This document shows positions 17,312-22,010 of a stretch of 22,010 bases of DNA, one piece after another. Both the position numbers and the translations under genes were made by a program. Under the pieces are notes generated by a model, which was not told the origin of the DNA, ran no database searches, and saw only the letters and a list, made by a program, of their open reading frames with translations. Position 1 is the stretch's first letter; each line of letters starts with the position of its first letter. The stretch comes from Carpediemonas membranifera BICM (lineage: Eukaryota > Protista > Fornicata), in contig JAHDYR010000018.1 of the NCBI GenBank assembly GCA_019828565.1, positions 1 to 22,010 on the forward strand, given 5' to 3'.

Positions 17312-17920
17312 TCAGCCCTGCCTGGGCGCCCTCTTCTTGATCGAGCGGCGCCTGGATCCGAACAGGTCCGACACCTTCTTGGGTATCCCATACCTGCTGG
17401 GGAAGATCATCTCCGTGTCCAGCGTCTGCTGTGTCTTGAGCTGACGGCGCAGGTTGGGTGTTGCGTCCCAGGCGCCGTCCATCTCGTCCAGCAGGCCGGG
17501 GCTGGTCTGCTCTGGTGACCTGGCTGGCAGCACTGCGCCCATCACCGACGGCGGGGTCCAGGGCTCCCCCGGCCCCTGCACGAGAATGGGGCTCAGGGTG
17601 GCCCCCATAGAGCTGGGCTCAGTGGGTCTGGCTTGAACGAACGCGGCTCCCGTGTCAGTGAGGATCGTGGTCTCTGATGGGCTTGGCGATATGGTGGCGA
17701 CGGCACCATCAAGGTGGGATGGCTCGATAACTGTGTCTAGTAATGGCGGTTCTGCTACGAATGACGGTTGTGGAGGCTGGGAAAGGGAAATTGGGAGGTC
17801 GGCGGTATCAAATACTTCATGTGACGATGCCAAATCAATCATCTTCTGTATCCTGTTTCTTGGAGATATCCTGTGTTTGTTGAGCTTCTGAATTAGGCCA
17901 TGGTCGTGCCCATCTTCCAT
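17312..17920 (-). CDS. Hypothetical Pro/Ser-rich protein, about 202 aa
   Basis: First in-frame ATG at 17920. Looks disordered, with a basic C-terminal tail (RRRSIKKRAPR). No family recognised. Confidence 0.62.
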   Translation of the reverse strand: MEDGHDHGLIQKLNKHRISPRNRIQKMIDLASSHEVFDTADLPISLSQPPQPSFVAEPPLLDTVIEPSHLDGAVATISPSPSETTILTDTGAAFVQARPTEPSSMGATLSPILVQGPGEPWTPPSVMGAVLPARSPEQTSPGLLDEMDGAWDATPNLRRQLKTQQTLDTEMIFPSRYGIPKKVSDLFGSRRRSIKKRAPRQG

Positions 17921-18001
17921 GTGCGCGGAACGACGAGCAGGATTGCCCACGCACTTTTGGGTCGAAAACACCGCCGCATGCCATCTTTATCTACATGCTC
18001 C

Positions 18002-19681
18002 TCATATCGTCAGCCGCCACTGCTCGATGCGGGACACCAGCAGGGCCGCCTGGTCCTGTGCCTGGCTCTTCTTCAGCATCGCCACGACGTCGTCCAGCAC
18101 AGCATCGTCCTCCTTGCCCTCCGCCACATCACGGACCAGACCCACGGCGGCGCCCCGCTTGGCCTTCCACAACTCCGTCGAGGGCTCGAGCCGCTCAAGG
18201 GCGTCGAAGGCCTTGAGGGCATGGAGCCATTGCTTGGCGGTGTAGCAGTCGTTGCCGATGAGCTGGAGCAGCTCCATGCTCTGCTCAGGGGGCAGCGAGG
18301 CCCTGCAGTAGAGCTCCCACGCCATGTCGGGGTTATCAGACCGTATGTAAAGCCGCGCCATGTTAAGTAAATACGCTGGGTCTTCTCGCATCATCGGGTC
18401 AACAACACCCTGCAGCACCGACAGCGCATCTTCTGTGCGGCCGGCGAAGGCCAGGGCCATGCCATAGTTCCAGTGGAATGTCGGGTCATTCTCAAAGTAC
18501 TGTTTGATCGAGTCGAGATAAATGATCACATCATCGAACTGACGCAGCAGGAACAGACATGCGGACATGGCCTGGCGACCGGGCACTGTGTCCTGCTCAG
18601 TGGCGCTGCCGCCCACCAGAGAGTACCACTCCTTCGCCAGGTTGAGCAGCGTGAGGTTGTCCGAATCTTGCCCAAGCATGGCGGCGACAGACGCCTTGAG
18701 GATGAACTCCGGCGGGATGGAGGGCTCGAAGTCCTTGATGAGCTCCCACGCCTCCTCTGATTCCTTCCGTTTCAGGTGGTAGATTACAAGATTGAGTCTA
18801 GATTCGGGGACAGATTCGAATAGCTCAGGGAGGATCTTATCTGCGTTCTTGCCGTCGTTGAAGACGACCATGTTGTGACGGATCAGTGGCATGCGGCCCA
18901 ACGCTGGCTCCCGGGCGATATAGGGCTTCATCGACGCCTCAGCAGCCGCTCCAGTGTACAAACGGTACTCGTTGCACGCTGCGAGGTTCACGGCGGCGAG
19001 TGAGTTGGTGTACTTCGCCAGATACTTCTTAAGGACCTCCAGGCTCTTGTCGTAGTAGTCGAGGCGGTAGTGCACCATTGCCATGTACAGGTTGAGTGCG
19101 TCATACTCTGGATGGTCGTCGGCCAGCTGCTTGTACGTCTCGAGCGACGGCTCGAAGTGCGACCGGAGGTAGTGAACAGCAGCAAGAGCAAGTTGGTCGG
19201 ATTCAACATTCTGGAGCTTGCTGTGGTACTGGAGGAGCGCGTCGTCGTCCTGGAGCTTGCATGCGATGTGGAAGAGAATTCGATTCTGGAGGGCATTTGC
19301 CGGGCCCCGCTGGGCAAGGTCGCGGGCCTCCTCGAATTCTCCCATGTACACCTTGCATACGGCGGCGTGCAGGAGGTGGTCGGCGTCGTATTCGTCGTCG
19401 GACTGGAGGAGGCGCTCGTAGATGTTGAACGCCTCCTGGTACTTGCCCAGATGGACGTAGCAGTACGCCAGCCACTCCTGGGGCTTCTCTACAGTGGTAA
19501 TCTTGTTAATGATGTTGAACTGCGTGAGAGGAAGGGTGGAAAATGATCAAACCTTTAGCAGCGTGACGGCGCCCTCATAATCGCACTTCTCAAGGAACTC
19601 CTCAAGACTATACTTCTTAGTTTGAGCCTCTTGTTGCTTATGCTCCACTCTCGTGCGTCCAATGGCGCGGTTGTGGATCAT
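18002..19681 (-). CDS. TTC26: Intraflagellar transport protein 56 (TTC26/DYF-13), 548 aa; exons 19681-19553 and 19519-18002
   Basis: LEEFLEKCDYEGAVTLLK|F, WLAYCYVHLGKY, LQNRILFHIACKL, DQLALAAVHYLRSHF, IRHNMVVF, PESRLNLVIYHL, DTVPGRQAMS, LQLIGNDCY, KAFDALERLEPSTELWKAKRGA. Confidence 0.96.
19520..19552 (-). other. 33-nt spliceosomal intron (phase 0) containing an in-frame TGA
   Basis: GTTTGA...CTCACGCAG. Removal restores the IFT56 N-terminus. Confidence 0.93.
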
Positions 19682-19866
19682 GGAGTATTCGTATTGCTGT
19701 GAAAATTTAGGGAGAGAAATTAGTGAGCCTCGCGCCATAGCAACGCACACCATCGAGGGTGGAGTGCAGGCATGCCATGCCACACCACTCTCTCCGTCTC
19801 AGCGGTGACCATCTCGGCCCAACGTCTCCACACACGGGCCTAACTATCTTTACAACAAATCGCCGT

Positions 19867-20901
19867 CTAGTTACCCTCCAGCCCCTTCAGCGCCACCCGC
19901 AGCTTGAACAGCCTGTGCTTGTACCGCAGCAGTGTCCCGAGCCCCTCGACCCACCGCCCGGCGTACTCCCCCCCCATCCCCACAAGAACCTGTGTCCCGT
20001 CGCTGAGGATTATCTCAATCAACGGCCCGCGGTACCCGGCGTTCAGGAAGAGCGGCGGGGCCGGCTGCCGGTACCGGCCGGCGCGTTCGATCCGGGAGAT
20101 GGTGACAAAGGCGTCTGGGGTCGACCTGTCGGGCGTCTTCAGGAACTCTATCCGATTAACGTCGGCCGACAGTCGCAGGAATGACTTGAGCATCCCGGTG
20201 CGTCTGATGTTGGACCGGACCACTGCCACGGGGCTCTGGATCATGGCCGTCAGCAGATCAGTGTTCACACCGCTCACAAGAACCTGCTTGCCGGTGTCCA
20301 TGTAGGGGTACCGCCTCAGCTCCCCCCGACGACTCCCCTCGGACGTCGGGATCGACAGGGCGCTGTCCGCGCGGCGAGCCGGGCCACGGCTGGTCGGTGA
20401 TTGGGTCTGCGAGGGTGGTGTGAAGGGTGCCTCTGCGTTCGTCAGGGCCGAGTCGACCCTGCTCAGGGCGGGGCGTGGGGAGTCTGTGTCGGACGGCTCC
20501 TGGTTCGCCAGACGGCTCTCAATCTCCCGCTTGAGGCCTTCAATCTCGCCTCTACGAAGGAGCATGAGGCGGAAGTCCTTAACGACCTTCAGCCCGCTCA
20601 TCCTGGGGTTGGCTGCTTCGATTTCGGCAATGACGCCCTTCTCAAACCATTCAAACCGTTCTAAGTCATCTGGGGGCGAGTCTAACTGAGCGCAAAGCTC
20701 TTCTAGTACGTTAGCAAGATGGTCTTGGCCAACATGATGCGGTCTCTGTTCCTCGAGCTCGTCGACAAGCGCGTATACTCGCAGTTCGCTCTGGAGCATG
20801 TATTGATAACGCTCCTCCAATGTGCGGCATTGTGTAGGACTGGAAAACACCAGCTCCTCCTGTCCACGGTGCTCCGTTGGGCTGGATACTTGGCTGCTCA
20901 T
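19867..20901 (-). CDS. Hypothetical protein, about 344 aa, with a possible C-terminal PH-like domain
   Basis: Long ORF. ATG 20901 is preferred because upstream ATGs fall in the PSMA6 3' region. The C-terminal beta-rich segment ends in YAGRWVEGLGTLL, like a PH terminal helix. Confidence 0.7.
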   Translation of the reverse strand: MSSQVSSPTEHRGQEELVFSSPTQCRTLEERYQYMLQSELRVYALVDELEEQRPHHVGQDHLANVLEELCAQLDSPPDDLERFEWFEKGVIAEIEAANPRMSGLKVVKDFRLMLLRRGEIEGLKREIESRLANQEPSDTDSPRPALSRVDSALTNAEAPFTPPSQTQSPTSRGPARRADSALSIPTSEGSRRGELRRYPYMDTGKQVLVSGVNTDLLTAMIQSPVAVVRSNIRRTGMLKSFLRLSADVNRIEFLKTPDRSTPDAFVTISRIERAGRYRQPAPPLFLNAGYRGPLIEIILSDGTQVLVGMGGEYAGRWVEGLGTLLRYKHRLFKLRVALKGLEGN

Positions 20902-21066
20902 CGGTCCGATCAGAATCAGAAATTTGATGTGGTCCTTTGGTGGCGGGGGCCATGGTGGGTCATACGTGGACTGGTGACGCATACGCGATGGAATCAAGCG
21001 GGGCCAGTGTAAAAATGCCAGGCTGAGCATCAGTGAGAAGTCGAGGCCAGCAACCATCCAACCCAT

Positions 21067-21817
21067 TTACATCCCCTCCATCTCCTCCATGCCGACCATG
21101 CGGGGCACGGCGTTCTCCCCGCTTACAACCATGACCTCGAGGTCGCCGACAACAACCTCGTTGCCAATTGCGTCGCGCATTGCAGCAACGGCGAGCTTGA
21201 GGGCACCGTTCAGTGAGAGGTCGGCGGGCTCAGTGGCATCCTCGCCGAGGGACTTCTCGAGGAACGCGGTCAGCTCGGTCTCCTTATTCCCGAGGGCGCA
21301 GGCCTTGTAGCCCACAGAGGTGCCAGCTGGGTCGGTGCGGTACAGAGCGGGGCCGCGCTCGATGTCGATGCCGAAGAAGAGGCCGGCACATCCGTGGGGC
21401 CGCATCCACGTCTGCTGTGTCTTCGTGGCGGCCTTGTCGGCCATCCGCTGCGCAACAAGGTCGACGGGCATTTCGTAGCCGTAGTTGTACATGAACTCTG
21501 CTGATTCTGACCGCGCATCTGCCGCTATAGACAGGGAATCGGCGCTCATACCGACGGCAGCGAGGGCGACATGCTCGGAGATGCGGTGGAAGCAGGTGAT
21601 GCTCGAGGGATCGAACAGTTTGTCTGAGACCTTCTTATGTACCGCAATAACCACGCAATCATCGCCTCTTATCGCCACAGTGGAGGCACCGACGTTCCTG
21701 ATCGCCTTGAATACGTATTCTGAGTGAGATGAAGGAATGGAACGTACCTATCTGATACAGACGACCCTCAGGACTGAAGATGGTGATTTGTCTGTCGAAA
21801 CCGCTGCTCCTGGACAT
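21067..21817 (-). CDS. PSMA6: 20S proteasome subunit alpha-1 (alpha type-6), 240 aa; exons 21817-21748 and 21719-21067
   Basis: MSRSSGFDRQITIFSPEGRLYQI|EYVFKAI, VAIRGDDCVV, KKVSDKLFDPSSIT, EFMYNYGYEMPVD, GPALYRTDPAG. Confidence 0.96.
21720..21747 (-). other. 28-nt spliceosomal intron (phase 1)
   Basis: GTACGT...CTCACTCAG. Removal restores GRLYQIEY. Confidence 0.95.
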
Positions 21818-22010
21818 TGATCAATTTGTGGGACGGTGTGCTGCGCAGGATTAGAATTGTTGAGTCCAAAACATACAGTGATCCGAGCAGCATCAGGATC
21901 GCAGTGTGGTTCATCATACTCTATCAATCGTGCGCAGCATATCACGCGCGCTGCAGCGCGTGCTTGCTCAACTTAGCAAGTTAATGATAGCGAGGAAGAG
22001 CACCTCTCTG

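Noticed and set aside
493-19681. Functional flagellar gene cluster (CEP164, TTLL9, IFT56)
   Set aside because: They are separated by unrelated genes, and three ciliary genes among 18 is unremarkable for a flagellate.
493-21069. Non-standard genetic code (e.g. hexamitid TAR=Gln)
   Set aside because: TAA, TAG and TGA each end conserved proteins at about the expected positions, and no in-frame stops remain after splicing.
775-21727. Many long plus-strand ORFs (e.g. 775-1827, 4236-4979, 8703-10025, 11867-12613, 13189-13929)
   Set aside because: They are antisense shadows of GC3-rich minus-strand genes, with no recognisable motifs and mostly non-ATG starts.
21841-21876. 5'-UTR intron GTATGT...CTAATCCTGCGCAG before PSMA6
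   Set aside because: It does not fit the fused acceptor consensus and lies upstream of the candidate CAAATT initiator.
21860-21921. Box C/D snoRNA (ATGATGA at 21917-21911, CTGA at 21896-21893, minus strand)
   Set aside because: There is no canonical terminal D box and no rRNA target I can recognise. A similar lone C box near 13220 also lacks a D box.
21943-21980. Palindrome CGCGCTGCAGCGCG and hairpin CTTGCT/AGCAAG at the window end
   Set aside because: Short CG-rich symmetry is expected by chance and has no supporting context in the window.

Overview
GC-rich, very compact eukaryotic genome segment from a flagellated protist. A Carpediemonas-like fornicate/metamonad is my best guess from gene density and intron style; I cannot verify this. 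It holds 17 complete protein-coding genes plus one partial gene, all 18 on the minus strand, with start-to-stop spacers of only about 57-332 nt. Recognisable genes are a CEP164-like WW/coiled-coil protein, PHF5A/Rds3, a RasGAP with tandem PH-like domains, alanine aminotransferase, prolidase, MAK16, RPA2, TTLL9, malic enzyme, IFT56/TTC26 and proteasome alpha-1; the rest are orphans. The apparent frameshifts in the ORF track are resolved by tiny (28-33 nt) spliceosomal introns. All nine credible introns have GTNNG donors and end in T-H-A-C-N-C-A-G, a branch site fused to the 3' splice site. Most notable signals: this minimal intron grammar together with altered branch-pocket residues in PHF5A, the unbroken gene co-orientation, a candidate (T/A)GTAAA poly(A) signal and CAAATT start-proximal motif, a 5'-UTR intron in prolidase carrying inhibitory upstream ATGs, a prion-like N-terminus on RPA2, and a 184-bp identical duplication inside the CEP164-like gene. 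The genetic code is standard (TAA, TAG and TGA all act as stops). I found no rRNA, tRNA, CRISPR array or clear mobile element.
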